Positions 38,624-51,007 of a stretch of 64,000 nucleotides of DNA are shown piece by piece (positions within the stretch are counted from its first letter, which is position 1; the number at the start of each line of letters is the position of its first letter). Both the position numbers and the translations under genes were made by a program. The notes under the pieces are model-generated. The model saw only the letters and a program-made list of their open reading frames with translations. It did no database searches and was not told the origin of the DNA. The stretch comes from Ramazzottius varieornatus. Lineage: Eukaryota; Animalia; Tardigrada. The DNA lies in contig BDGG01000015.1 of the NCBI GenBank assembly GCA_001949185.1, positions 129,036 through 193,035 of the forward strand, written 5' to 3'.

Positions 38624-39670
38624 ATGGTGTCCTCAACCGTCGCATTGGTCCTCGCTTTGGGTGAGCCGATTCTTCCATTCTTTATCATTCGCCACTGTTT
38701 CATTTGTCGTTCCGGTTTTGCCATTCATTTCTCTGATGTGGTGCTTTTTGTTTTTCAGCTGTGAGCTGCGCCTACGGAAACGGCTCGGGATACGGAAGCA
38801 GCTACAGCGCCCCGGCTCCCTACAGCGCCCCGGCCCCGTACAGCGCTCCCGCCCCGTACAGCGCTCCTGCCCCGTATAGCGCTCCTGCCCCGTACAGCGC
38901 CCCGTCGTACAGTGCGCCATCCTATCAGGCCCCAGTCTCCACGTACTCGCAGTCTACCTACAGCGCTTCCACCTACCAGGCTCCTAAGCAGTCCTACGGA
39001 TACTCGGCTCCATCCTACCAGGCCCCATCCTACAGCGCTCCCGCCTACCAGGCTCCTTCTTACAGCGCTCCTGCCTACCAAGCCCCTGCTTACCAGGCTC
39101 CTTCCTACTCGTCCAACACCTACGCCCAGGCTCCGTCTTATCCTTCGTACAACAATTACCAATCCAAGAGCTACAGCGCTCCCGCTTACCAGGCCCCATC
39201 CTACAGCGCCCCCGCCTACCAAGCCCCTGCCTACCAGGCCCCGTCTTATAGCGCCCCATCCTATAGCGCACCCGCCTACCAAGCCCCGGCCTACAGCGCC
39301 CCATCTTACAGCGCCCCATCTTACAGCGCCCCATCCTACAGCGCTCCTGCCTACCAAGCCCCATCCTACAGCGCTCCTGCCTACAGCGCTCCTGCGTACA
39401 GCGCTCCCTCTACAGCGCCCNNNNNNNNNNNNNNNNNNNNNNNNNNNNNNNNNNNNNNNNNNNNNNNNNNGCGCTCCCTCTTACAGCGCCCCATCCTATA
39501 GCGCCCCATCCTATAGCGCCCCTGCCTATCAAGCTCCTGCCCCCACTTACAGCAGTAAGACATACCTCTGAAAATATTACTTCTCTTTCCATTCGAAAAT
39601 GATTTTCCAATCCTAATTGAAATTAGAGGCCATTGCAAACTCTGCTTTTGTGTTTTCAGGCGGATATTAG
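38624..39670 (+). CDS. Secreted Tyr/Ser/Ala/Pro-rich repeat protein (vitelline-membrane- or cuticle-like structural protein); exons 38624-38660, 38759-39554 (gap 39421-39470), probably 39660-39670
   Basis: Signal peptide MVSSTVALVLALAVSCAYG spans a phase-1 intron. The body consists of PAPYSA and P[AS]Y[SQ]A repeats with synonymous codon variation. Likely ends ...APTYSSGY*. Confidence 0.88.
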
Positions 39671-41302
39671 AGCGTCGCAGAAGACAGTAAGGCATCCTGC
39701 AGCGGTACAATATCTCAGGGACCGGATAGCCTCCATCAGCGTTTCTCGTAGTTTGCTTGCTTTCCTGATTTTCACCACAGCTTACTGATGTCAGCCTTCG
39801 CGAATAATCGACAGCTGATGAGCAAACTTCGCCAGTTTTCTTGCTTTCATACAAGCTGAAGACTTGGTAAAATACCACCTTTTGGAACAGAGAAACTTCA
39901 TAAAAACTCAGTCATGCTCGCAGAATATTCCGACTCGAACCACTAGCTGAGACTTAGGGCGGTCAAAAGAAATTTACATTCAACGCGTCCACCGGTAGGC
40001 CCTCAGAAATTCGTCCCACCGCAATACAGCATCAGAAACGCTGTACGAACCAAAAACAAATCTTTCCCAGCCCAGTACTTGTCTTTGAGCTTGCGCGGTT
40101 AGGTTGCAAAAGAGAGCTCTGTCGATTGCGTCAAGAGTCCGTAATCCAGAGTGATTCCAAATGACTCGACGGATTTTGCAATGATGCAAAATATTGAGTT
40201 TCGCTATTCTGGTTTCAAATCTCGTCACGGGAAGCCTATGCTCTTAAAATCCGTTTCTAAAAATTTCAGCCTAATCGTATGACTGGGTGGAAAACAAGTT
40301 TGCAAAACTCTCGAGTACTCGAAGATCGACGGTGGGTTTCAAAACAGAAATTTGGTTTAATTCGGAGCTTGTTCTCCACCACACGAAGCGTGCAAAATTT
40401 TTCGGTGGTGCTGTCTCGCTGAAACGACATTCCACTGCAGGGAGAAAAGAAGTTCTCATCAGGTTTTTCTTTTCGGCAGAAACTGGGCCCCTTAAACGAG
40501 TTACTAAGCGAAAACCGGAAAATATTTTTTGATTATTTGGTTTAATATTAGATATTTTTATTTGGTTTAATATTAGATCGTTAATAGATCATTAGTGGGC
40601 AGTTCCTCTTTATATATTAGCGCTAACACCAAACTATCGTAGAAAAATAGTTTGAGACATCTTGACAGTCGTATACGCCCGGTAGAAATATTCAGTTGGC
40701 AAAGGCCATTTTTCACCGATAAAACAGGTGCTTTTCCATCGACCGCATCAATCGAACGATCAAGGTTTCAACCATAAAAAATTTACAGATTACAGGACCT
40801 GAAGATGGTTTATAGAACGAGCGGGTGTACGGCTCCTCGAATTTGGCCCTGGATTCGAGGCACATTTGAGCGCTGTAGCCGACCCCGGTCTTCTATGTGA
40901 TAGATACTAACTCAAAGCGAATACTCTCTATGGAACTGAAAAAGGACTCCTGTATCAAAGCCTTGGGTGTTCGAATTCCTTTCTGGTGTGAGCAAGGCCG
41001 TATATGACTCAAGATCTAAATGAAAGCCAGAAGCAAATGCCTTCCTGTCCTTGAACGGTAATTATCCGGAGATCGCCGTAAAGTTTAGTCTTTGGACATT
41101 CTTTTCGTTAATATTTCTAGTTCGCTTTGAGACTGTATCTTTTCTTAATTTGTGCGTGAATACGCTCAAGATGTGACTGTAATGGGTGCATGATCGGAGA
41201 AACGATTTTGCAGCTGGCCAAGCAAACATCGAAGCCGGCCTCACGAAAATCGATTTTGGTTATTATTTTCACGTTAAAGTCCATTTTCACATACAACAAG
41301 CT

Positions 41303-41381
41303 TAGTTTTTGGTAGTTTTTGGTTTTTGGTAGTTTTTGGTTTTTGGTAGTTTTTGGTCTTTTGTGGTTTAGTAGTTTTTGG
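41303..41381 (+). repeat. Simple repeat of (TAG)TTTTTGG units
   Basis: TAGTTTTTGGTAGTTTTTGGTTTTTGG... about 8 imperfect units. Confidence 0.8.
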
Positions 41382-42160
41382 TCACAGAGTAAAGTTTTTG
41401 AAGCCTCAATTTTGGGCATACCGTGTTCGGTGCACTCTGCGACTGGGAGAGATGGGTGCAAAGTCTAGAACTCTGACCAGGTCGTAAGCCGGGATCTACT
41501 GACAATCTATATTTTAATGCGCTCCATCATTATCATGTTAATTTTCTTTTGATCTAAGTGGATTACACAGGAGTTCAAATCACCCTACTGTACGAAGCGC
41601 TTGTACTTCATCCGTATCGTGACCTAGAAGTTTGCAAAGAGGTCGACCTTCCCATGAGAAAAACCCCAGCACGCCACTTCCGAACTGTGGTGATGTCAAG
41701 ACAAACACGTACGCTGTCACAGATAGATTATCGTGCACTTTCATGAGAATGGAATGCGTGGCTCATTGGGAGCTCGGTACAAATTACAAACACATTCTCC
41801 TCACAGTCATTTGCATCTAGCCAGAAAAAACGCTCGCGTAGCCCCATATTCCATGCTGCGATACTAATCAATGGAAGTAGTGCGGGACCTTCGGACTGCT
41901 CACAGCATGGCGAAAACAGAACCATTGACATGGACAGGCCGGCATTTCAGCGGTCCGCTGGCGTAGATTCGCGCTCAGTCGAATGTTTTGCTTTTGCATA
42001 TCGCAGTCCTGCTTATCCTTCAAGTATTACTATAATCTGCGGCATTGGTCAGTGACCTGCCAGTACCTTCGATTTGCAGCGTTCGGTATTTTGTCCCTTC
42101 TCATAGTAGAGTTCTGAACTGCCAGGGTTCTGGTGGAATACCCAACCACCATTTCCGGCC

Positions 42161-44992
42161 ATGGAGCCCAGTTTCTGCTCACATTTCCTGTACCTACTGA
42201 TTGCATCAGGTAAGTCCGCTAACAATGTACCGTGCTTAGTAATGTGCCATTGACTGGTACGATGGTCAGCTATTTTTTGTACCATGCTGTACTCGGATTA
42301 CAGGTCTGATCTCAACTGTTGCCAGTCAGAACGGCACCACACCAACTTGTACCGCCTCGCTGCAACCTTTGCTCAGTGATCCGAACTCTCAAAGCAACAC
42401 CGCCAGTATCTTGATTACCAGTCCGACGGACAACTCGCAAGAGTCAGTGTGATTGTCCTCTTAGCCATTCTAAATACAAATTCTCCTTGAAAATACGCGA
42501 AAGTTTCAGTCTGAACATGGATTGGCTGAGGAAAATATCGCTGTGTTCTGTCTTATCATAGGTTTACCTGTTTCGCTGGAACGACAGGCTACGATTCCTC
42601 GGGAATATCCTGCCATGCTCTCAACTGCCCAGCGCCAGGCTACGGTCCAGGGTACGGTCGAGGACCCCAAGGTCCTTATGGAAACCCCTACGGCGGGCCG
42701 GGAAATGGACAACTTGGACATTCGTCCATTTCCGTGGGGCCGTTAGTCGCCCACGCAGAAACTCCGTATCCATGCTGGAAACTCAAGGTACGAATCGCTT
42801 CTTTCAGTCAGCCAGTTTGACAAAAGTGCTCGATTGTCATATTAAGTGGCGCGCGTTTTCATTGTGACTTGCCGTAAACGTGCGCCACCATACATCCAAT
42901 CGTGCACGTTTTGTTTGCCGGCTTCCCAATTTCTGGTAGTAACTCTTAGTTACATTTTTTGTCAGATATTTTCTATTCGTATTGTCCCACCGGTTCTAAT
43001 TTTTTTTCCTGTATTTTAGCAAATTCGACTGAACAACTACGTCTACATGGTTTGTTTCGTCAAAGGTTACGCCACCATGCTGTACCAGGTGGTTTTCAAG
43101 GAACAAGGTGGTCTGGAGTTGAACCACTACGAAGCCCTGCCGTACACGCACCTGACTGCGGTAGGAAAGGGGACCTTCACCGCGGAGAACAGCTACCAGT
43201 GCATCGCTGCAGTGTACTCCAGCTTTGCCGATGGTTGCTGCAAGGAGGAGAACGGTATTAGCAATCCGGCGAACGAGCTGGCTTCCATCTTTACCATCTG
43301 CCCCAACACCTACAAGTGGTACTTCTGTGGTAACATCAACATCAAAAACACCATCGACGTCACCGTCTGGTGGGCTCAAATGACCCTCCATGCCATCTTT
43401 ATCCAACAGCGTGAGGAGCAGATCTGTCTTCCAATTACCATCGTTCCCCCGCTGTCACTTCCGTTGCTCAACTGCACAACGTACACCACAACCTCGTTGG
43501 TGCAGTTCGCCATCTCGCCTGACATTGACAAGAACGTCTGCCCTTCGCGCCTGGAACAAGGGATCGATGTCATCGGCCTTCTTCCCAACTTGACCGTCAC
43601 AATTGGAGACCTCTATCCACTTTGCGGTAACCAGCACTGTATTTTCTTCCTTGTTCAAATCATTTCCCCACGATACCTTGAAACCGAGGTAGTATTGATC
43701 AGTTGATCGATACCGTTACTGTATGAACAAGGAAGTAATTTCTCCATGCGTCCCAATATAGTTTGAACTGTGATGGCTACTTTGCAGGTGTTCGAAAGAC
43801 CGTCATCATAGCCACTTCTAACGCTACCATCCTGTGCGCCGCAGTGGACGTCAACACCATTGGCAGAACCTGTCCGCCACTTGGAAGTCTGCCTACAGCC
43901 CAGATTTATTCCTCCTTCTGTCTGTTGTACGACGCTTCTGCCAACACGATTCTCAGCAGCAAGGTTGCTTTCCTAGATGGCGCCATCGCCGTAAGTCCTG
44001 CTTCCTTTCGGTGCTCCATCCCGTTGCGCATATCGGCTCTTGCTTTTATCTCTAGGCAACGGACATATTCTTCCTAAAAGGAAATGTCGACTGCTGCCAG
44101 TTCGTGGTGACCGTGGGACCTGGACAACAGTTCCTTGTGCATTCACTTCAAAGCATAATCGCCAGCCTGTTGTCCCAACTCGCACCTGAAACCGTTGCCT
44201 TGTCCAACATCAACCTGCAGCATCTCTTCAACAGTGCCAGTTCCTGCAGTCTCTCGGGACCAAAATGCTGTGGAGGTTCGACGACTTGTCTTTCATGCAC
44301 CCGGCCCACCCGATTTGGAGGTATGCGGCATCCTCAATATCTTGGGCTTTGAATATTGGCGTGCTCGGCAATCAAAACTGACCAGAATGCTTTCCCAAGT
44401 GGCGGACGCTGCGCGCAATAACACTGGAAATGCGCGCCACTTGGAAAAACCCACTTTACAAGATTGCTTGAATGGCGCACGTTGTCAGGATTACAAGTCA
44501 GACGCGTGCGCCGCTTGTGAAAACGATCTCTTTAAATCTGTTTCGCGAAGTCCTATTTGAGTTTCCTGTTCACATTCTTTTTGTGCAAAATTATCATTTT
44601 AATCGGGTGTTTTTCTTGCAGATAAACATCTCGCTGAGCTGAACTGCGGTTCGTCAGGTAGCCACCCTGCTTCCTCATCGGCCGGGTACCCAGGTGTGAT
44701 CACGTATGGTGACGACACCAACAACGCCAACTCCATGAAGTACAATGCCAGCGCTCCAGCATACGGATTGCAACCGATGGTCCGAGGTCCTTACGGCGGA
44801 CCAGGTCCAATTCTATACGCCGGCGGCCCTCGTCCCCTAAACTACTCCGCCCCAATAGTCGGCGTCTACGGCCCCGCAGGAGCACCTCACATGCAAATGC
44901 AGATGCAGTATGGTCTACCACCCGGTCCATATCAGGGAGTTCCTATGCAGACAGCTCAGCAACCCATCTACGGCATCCGATATGGGGCGTGA
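42161..44992 (+). CDS. Secreted Cys-containing protein, paralog 1 (probable beta-propeller/EPTP-like core; Gly/Pro/Tyr-rich insert and tail); exons 42161-42209, 42304-42442, 42562-42787, 43020-43626, 43788-43990, 44056-44320, 44622-44992; ~619 aa
   Basis: All seven GT-AG exons join into one open frame. Signal peptide MEPSFCSHFLYLLIASGLISTVAS. Core is rich in beta-strand-like segments; GPYG-rich low-complexity regions. The fold assignment is inference. Confidence 0.8.
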
Positions 44993-45504
44993 ACGTTGAA
45001 AATAGATATTCGTCGAGCTTGATCTATCTCATAAATTGTTTCTCGATTCTGAACGGCCTACACTTTTTGTCTCCACTTTGAACTTTTGCACTAGCTTGTC
45101 GTGTATTTATGGTGTGTGTTAAACGGGAAAACGTCAAGGCGATGAATTTCACAATTTCCGGTCGTTCTTACCAGAACATTCTTAGTAGTATTAGTAGTAC
45201 ATTCTACTATTCTTGTATGCTTTTGCTATGCGCGGAAGTGATAAGATCCTCACGCCGTTTTTGTTGTGAACGAAACTTAACTGAATAACGGAGGTACAGT
45301 ATTTTTAGCGGTTCGGAGATCTATTTAGTACTAAGAGACAATTTCCAATCTTACGAAATTTCGAACGAGGAAGAACTAGTGTGATATGGCCGACGATAAG
45401 CCGGAGAAAAAATGACATTCGCACGATAGCGGAGTTGCGTCGTATGGAAAGATAAACAGATACAACATTTTTTTGCGCGGCGCATTGCCCTTCCTGAATT
45501 GTGG

Positions 45505-45767
45505 AGTATAGAAGGCTCGGCGAAGCTAAAATAAGCCGTTTTAGCCGTTCTTAGCCGCGGCTAAANNNNNNNNNNNNNNNNNNNNNNNNNNNNNNNNNNN
45601 NNNNNNNNNNNNNNNGCCGACTCATCATCATAAATCAATTGAACGCACCATACATTTTAGCCGTGGCTAAAAGTATTTTAGCTGCTTTAGCCGCGGCAAA
45701 AATATTTTTAGCCACGGCTAAGAACGGCTAAAGCGGCTTATGTTAGCTTCGCCGAGCCTTCTATACT
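45505..45767. mobile_element. TIR element with TTTAGCCGCGGCTAAA-type palindromic subrepeats, spanning gap 45566-45615
   Basis: ~60-bp TIRs beginning AGTATAGAAGGCTCGGCGAAGCTAA; TGTGGA is repeated on both flanks (probable TSD). Confidence 0.8.
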
Positions 45768-45925
45768 GTGGAGTGTGGACCGCATTTTAATGGAGCAACA
45801 GGCCCGTTTGGCTGTTCGTCGTTTCACCACACTTTCTGCTTTCGTAGGGCGCGTGATGTAGCAATCTAATAACCAAGTGTGTCTTCGACAGCAAAGATCC
45901 AATGAAATACCAACCTCGCTGCATC

Positions 45926-48900
45926 ATGAGGCATCCCGGTATTCCAGGACTATTTGCTCTATTCTGTATCTTTGTTTCCGAATCATGGCCGACGGTTCAA
46001 GCAGCATGTGAGCGAGAGACTATGTCATATTTGGCTTCTAAAAGATATTCGAAATCGGAATCTGACGTTCTTTAATTTCGTGGATTTTTGCAGCGGCGTG
46101 TGATGATCAGCTAGCGGGATGTGGACCCAGCTGCGTAGCCACCGAACGTATTCTGAACCTGTATGGTCTCTATGGATCTGCATCGGTCCTCTTTCTGCTT
46201 CCCAAAACGAATTCATTCTAGTAAGTGCTGCCGTTTCCCCCATATTATGAACTTCATGGAAGTATTTCACTTGGACATTATTTTCTAGTTCATTATGCTA
46301 CTCAAGAACCACCAACACACAGCCCGCAATCTCCGAGATCTTTTGCTTAACTGGCCGAATGGACGAGCTACAAGCGGTCCAACCTCGCTATGTGACCACC
46401 GTTCGAGGTCGCTGCACTAACCTGCAGGTAGGTACGAAGACGGGGCTTTTTTCTCCAGTTGGAAATCCATCACGAAGTTTTCTTTCAGGGTTTCGTGGCT
46501 GACGATTCGCAGTACGTGATTGTCTTCCGCGAGTCCAAAGAACCGATGCTTCACGAAGTTCTCCTCGGTCAAGATCGCGCCGTTACCTTCAGTTTCATCC
46601 ACATGGTGGGCAGCGACGGTTCAACCTACGCCAAGATCACCTATCCAGGCTCGCAGGGTGCTGTGGTAGCTACCACCGGTAGTCGTCAATATTGCCACAG
46701 CGGAGACGGTACCTGCGCTCATTCTCACGTCTACATTCTTAGTGTGGACACCCTGACCCAGTGTACGGCCCTCCAGTCCATTCCCGGGGAACATGTGGCT
46801 GGATGGTCGGACGACGGTGTGGCGTATTATGTCTTCGCATCGGACGTTCCGAACACGCCCGATATGTTCACTTTACAACTGTTCCGGGTGTCGGTGCTGC
46901 CCACTGGTGACTGCCTGCTGGAAATGATGCAGGAAATTTCGTTCGGCCAACCATTGTGCGGTAAACGCAAAGTATTCATCATCCAGGCACAGAAACCGTT
47001 TTTTAAAACCATAGACAGAAAGTGGGAGTTGTGTGAAAATAAAACCGAAAACGATAGCTCGGATAACAAAGTCGACACGGTTGATTTCCCAAGTGGCGCG
47101 CGTTTGCGGTGTTATTGGCCAGAAGCGTGCACCACTTCAGATAATGATCTTGTCGAGTTTGTTTGCCGAGCTCCAAAATAATTATCGTGTTGCAAATCAC
47201 GGTCGTAAGGTATATTGAAATGTCTGCAATCCTTACTTCTGGTTCGAAACCGGGAGTTGGTTATATGCAGTATCCTGGATTCATGGTTGCACATATATGG
47301 TGATTCGATCTTATCCGACAGGTGTTCGATCCTTGGAAATTATCCGTTCATTCGATGCGCGCACCTTCTTGTTGGTAGCAAGTCAACGATGTGCTGGTGG
47401 TAACTATCCATCAACAGAAGGAAACATCTTTATTAAAGAATGGAGCCGACAAGCCAAGGGTCTGATCGACTCGCAGTCTGGTCGGGAATTACCCCAAACC
47501 TCTTCGGTAAGTCGGCCACTCTGCGTGATGTCAATTCAAGATGGAACAGTGTCAACTCTGTTATTCCAGGTGGTCAAAATCACATCCGTATCACCCCACT
47601 TTTTCATCTGCCAGCGTCATTCGGAGCCGTCCACGGTCAACGTGCCAACCCTTCCCTTATGTAAGTCCTAGTTGATCAGGTCCAAATTTCAAACTCTTTT
47701 TGCCAATTTGTTTTGACTCATTTGTCCAGCTGCTCCGGTGGTAAGCACAATCAGAATTCACAATCAAGCGCCCATCAACGCCGTTCTGGCTCCCAACAAG
47801 GATGTTTTCGTGACTCATGTGACCAGTGTTGGCTCGGGTAGGTTATGCAAAACAGGAGACCATGCGAATCAATGCCTAAGTTCAGATCAAAGTGCCGAGC
47901 GTCCAGAATGCACGAGATCGACTTTGTTGCAGTGGTCGTCGACTGGATATCTTGCTCGCTGAACACGAACCAGAAGCCCTCGAACTTTTCGCTCAGTAAG
48001 TTCCAGCTCATCAGTCACAAGGGGGTTGGGCAAAAGATTTCGACAAGATTGTTTTCCCAAGTGGCGCACGCATTCAGCCAAAAGCACCAAAACGTGCGCC
48101 ACTTGAAAAAGCGATCTTTTCGAGTTCATTCGCCCCGCTCTTAGAAGTAGAGCAACAGATAAGAGTATAACAGAGCAAGCAACATCGATGTCGGTTTTTT
48201 CCAGCGAGTTACACTGGTAAGCGTCAAGATTATTCGCCCATCGGCATGTCACCATACGAAGATGCAGCTCGAATGGTCGGGAGACCGGTCTACGTGCCGG
48301 ATCCGCCATCAAACCCACCCGGCTTTCTCTATGGCCCGCAAGCGATGCTTCCGCAGCATCAGTTCCGCCAGTCCGTCATACCTCCGCCACCGCCTCCAAG
48401 ACTCAGCTTGCCCCCGTCGGCGCCATCCATCGCTCCTGTACCATCTCCCAAAGCTACAGATTTACAGGCATCCCAACAGTCTCCTACTTCATCAGACCTT
48501 GCAAAGCTCGCTGCCACCGCCGCTGCGGTATCTTCAAATCCCAATCGATTGACCGCCGATAACCACACCTTGTACGACCACCCGGAACAGCCGGAAGTTT
48601 GGCGTGTAATACCGCCGCTCAGGCCATACATACCTGTCAGGCTGGAGGTACCTCCTCAAATTCAGTCGTGGCCAGTTGAGACTGGTCAAGATTACGCAGG
48701 TCCCCGATCAGACCCGTACCAGCCAACTGGGCCATTCTATCCTCCTCCTCCCCAAATGATCAGGTATTAAAGGCGCAGAAACTTGAAGACTGTGAAATTC
48801 CATCTGTGATCGCCATAAAGTCACGTTGCTGGTATTTTGCATCCAGCTTCCCGCCGAACCCTTACGGACAATCGGGACTTCCATATGGTGCGCCACAGTA

Positions 48901-50433
48901 TCCGGGAATGTATCCTGCCATAGACTACGGCAATCAAGCCGTCAACTCTCCACCAAACCCGTATGCATATGTTGTCATTATCGTATTGCAGCTGTTACGC
49001 TATCTCAAAACTCTGTTCAGTTTTTATGTGCTGGGTATTGTGACGACAGAAGCGCCGACTTCATATTTTTTTCTGCCTGCAGTTACTTTCCCGGAAATGT
49101 TCCCAACAGCTTCGGTTATCCACCAAGACCTTACGACAACACGCTGCCCCAACCTACGGGTTACGCTCCTCGTTATCCTGTTAGCCGTCCGCAAAAGACA
49201 TCCTACGAGTCAAGGCCCGAAGTCGTCTTTCAGCCGACCAAACTACGCCATGTCATCATCCCCCAACAACTGCCATCCGCGTATTCCGTTGCGCAACCAG
49301 ATCTAATATTCTCCGAGACCGTCAACAGTATCCCGTACCCCGTCGTTCCCGAGCAAAATGCGACGACCGAGGAACCGGCGACGATTGTCATTGTCCCAGC
49401 TGAGGAAACGACGACCGCTGCAACCGTAACGACGGAGGCTGTCGTAACGGACAACACACAACAAGAACCAGCCGGCACCGCAGAGCCAAGGTCAACAGCA
49501 ACCACACCTGAAGAATCCGTTGTAGCCCGCCTTGGTCTAAGACTGGCCCAACTGATAACGACATCTCCGTCTTTACTAACCGCAACTGAGCCGGCTGCCA
49601 CAGATGATACCACAGTGACCATACCATCATTACTAACCGGAACCGAGCCAGTCGTCACCGATGATACCACAGTGACCAAACCATCTTTACTAACCGGAAC
49701 CGAGCCAGTCGCCACCGATGATACCACAGTGACCAAACCATCTTTACTAACCGGGACCGAGCCAGCTGCCGCCGATGTCACCGAAGTCACCACAACTGCT
49801 CCAGCCGAGTTAGCTACGGACGAAGAAACCGCAGCATCTTCCTCGACCGGAGCATCTTCCAGTGGAGACAGTACAATGCCATCTACTATGACAGATATTG
49901 CCAGCTTCTCAGCCACGGGTTCTCGTAGCCATCCGCAAAAATCCCATCCGGAAGATGAGGCCGCGGAATGGGAGGATACTGGTTTCGAGAAGGTGGACAG
50001 CGCCGGTGACCATGACGAAATAACGGAAACGTCTACGACTAAAGAAACCCACGCTGCAGGAAATACCACCGAGGCATTGAAAGCCGGTGATGGCTCCGCA
50101 ACTAGGGAGGCCAGCACAATGGAAGCCACCACTGCCGAAACTACCATCAAAACTACGACCACCGAAACCGTCATCGAACGTGAAGAGGGTACTACGGACG
50201 TCACTTCCACAACAGCAGTTCCCCGAGAGGAAGCTTCGAAGCTCGAGGTGGACGCCACAAAGACAGAACACGTGGCGACAGAAGGCGCAGTGACGGAAAT
50301 CATTTTCGTAACGAGCACAACCCTCGAATCCTCAACAACGGAAACGTCCGCTATCTCGGCTGGTTCAACGGCCGCATTTTCGTCCAGCGAAACTAGTACC
50401 GTCGAGTCGTCAACAGTCCCATCTTTGCTCTGA
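45926..50433 (+). CDS. Secreted protein, paralog 2: propeller-like core, then Pro/Tyr-rich region, then Thr/Glu-rich mucin-like tail (first exons 45926-46007, 46094-46220, 46289-46427, 46489-46960, 47322-47506; later junctions less certain)
   Basis: Signal peptide MRHPGIPGLFALFCIFVSESWPTVQA; the first five exons join in frame. Downstream ORFs 48246-48770 (Pro-rich) and 48826-50433 (Thr-rich). Confidence 0.75.
47055..47178. repeat. Representative copy of the palindromic CAAGTGGCGCAC...GTGCGCCACTTG repeat family (~10 loci in the window)
   Basis: GCTCGG..AACAAA.TCGAC arm, then TTTCCCAAGTGGCGCGCG-loop-CGTGCACCACTT, then a GTCGAGTTTGTTTGCCGAGC arm. Other copies at ~12180, 37815, 42820, 44360, 48020, 52200, 59665, 61553 and 62830. 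Confidence 0.85.
49565..49790 (+). repeat. Coding minisatellite, 57-bp unit x ~4 (PSLLTGTEPVATDDTTVTK)
   Basis: CC[AG]TC.TTACTAACCG...GAGCC...GATGATACCACAGTGACC repeated at 57-bp spacing. Confidence 0.9.
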
Positions 50434-51007
50434 TACCAAGTACCGAATATGTGAAGAAAAAGACTTACTTCTCTTACGATTCCAGTACTCGATAGGCAAA
50501 AGATAGGCAAAATTATAAAACAATTCCGATTTTTCCTATCTTGCCACGCAAATTTGGATTGATCAAAACGCTTTCATTAAATTGCACACATTTTTCGCAG
50601 CATCGCCGACAAAAACTGAACATTGTTGACAAAACTGTCGACCGGAAATGACATTCACAAGTATTACAAATTCCGCTCTATTTTCCCACTCGAGCGGGTT
50701 GAGCAGGAACGAACAACTTAGCATGGTTCGCACGCCGCGTAGGGATGCGGTGGCCTGCTTTACGCAGGTCCTAGACGTGTCAAACAAGAAGAACGCAGTG
50801 ACATCACCGCGATCCCAACCCGTGAGCGCCTTCCGTCTCATTCACCGTTCGGTATTCCATCGTTGTCTGAACTCCACCGCAGGCCAGAAACCCGATACTA
50901 TCAATACCAACTCGCTACACCTTATCTACCTTGGTTTCAAAACAATGTCGCTTCCTCGGCTCCCATAGTGTAGTAAAGGGGAATCATTTGTGGATATTTC
51001 ACTCGAT

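Noticed and set aside
38755-39571. Overlapping ORFs with GRCKM, WGAVR and PTALP repeats
   Set aside because: Alternative frames and strand of the YSAP coding repeat; synonymous variation supports only the YSAP frame.
40534-40579. Short AT-rich tandem duplication (TATTTGGTTTAATATTAGAT x2)
   Set aside because: Simple slippage duplication with no evidence of function.
49230-50510. 426-aa minus-strand ORF rich in Val/Ser
   Set aside because: Antisense shadow of the Thr-rich mucin-like exon; it has no independent splice or domain evidence.
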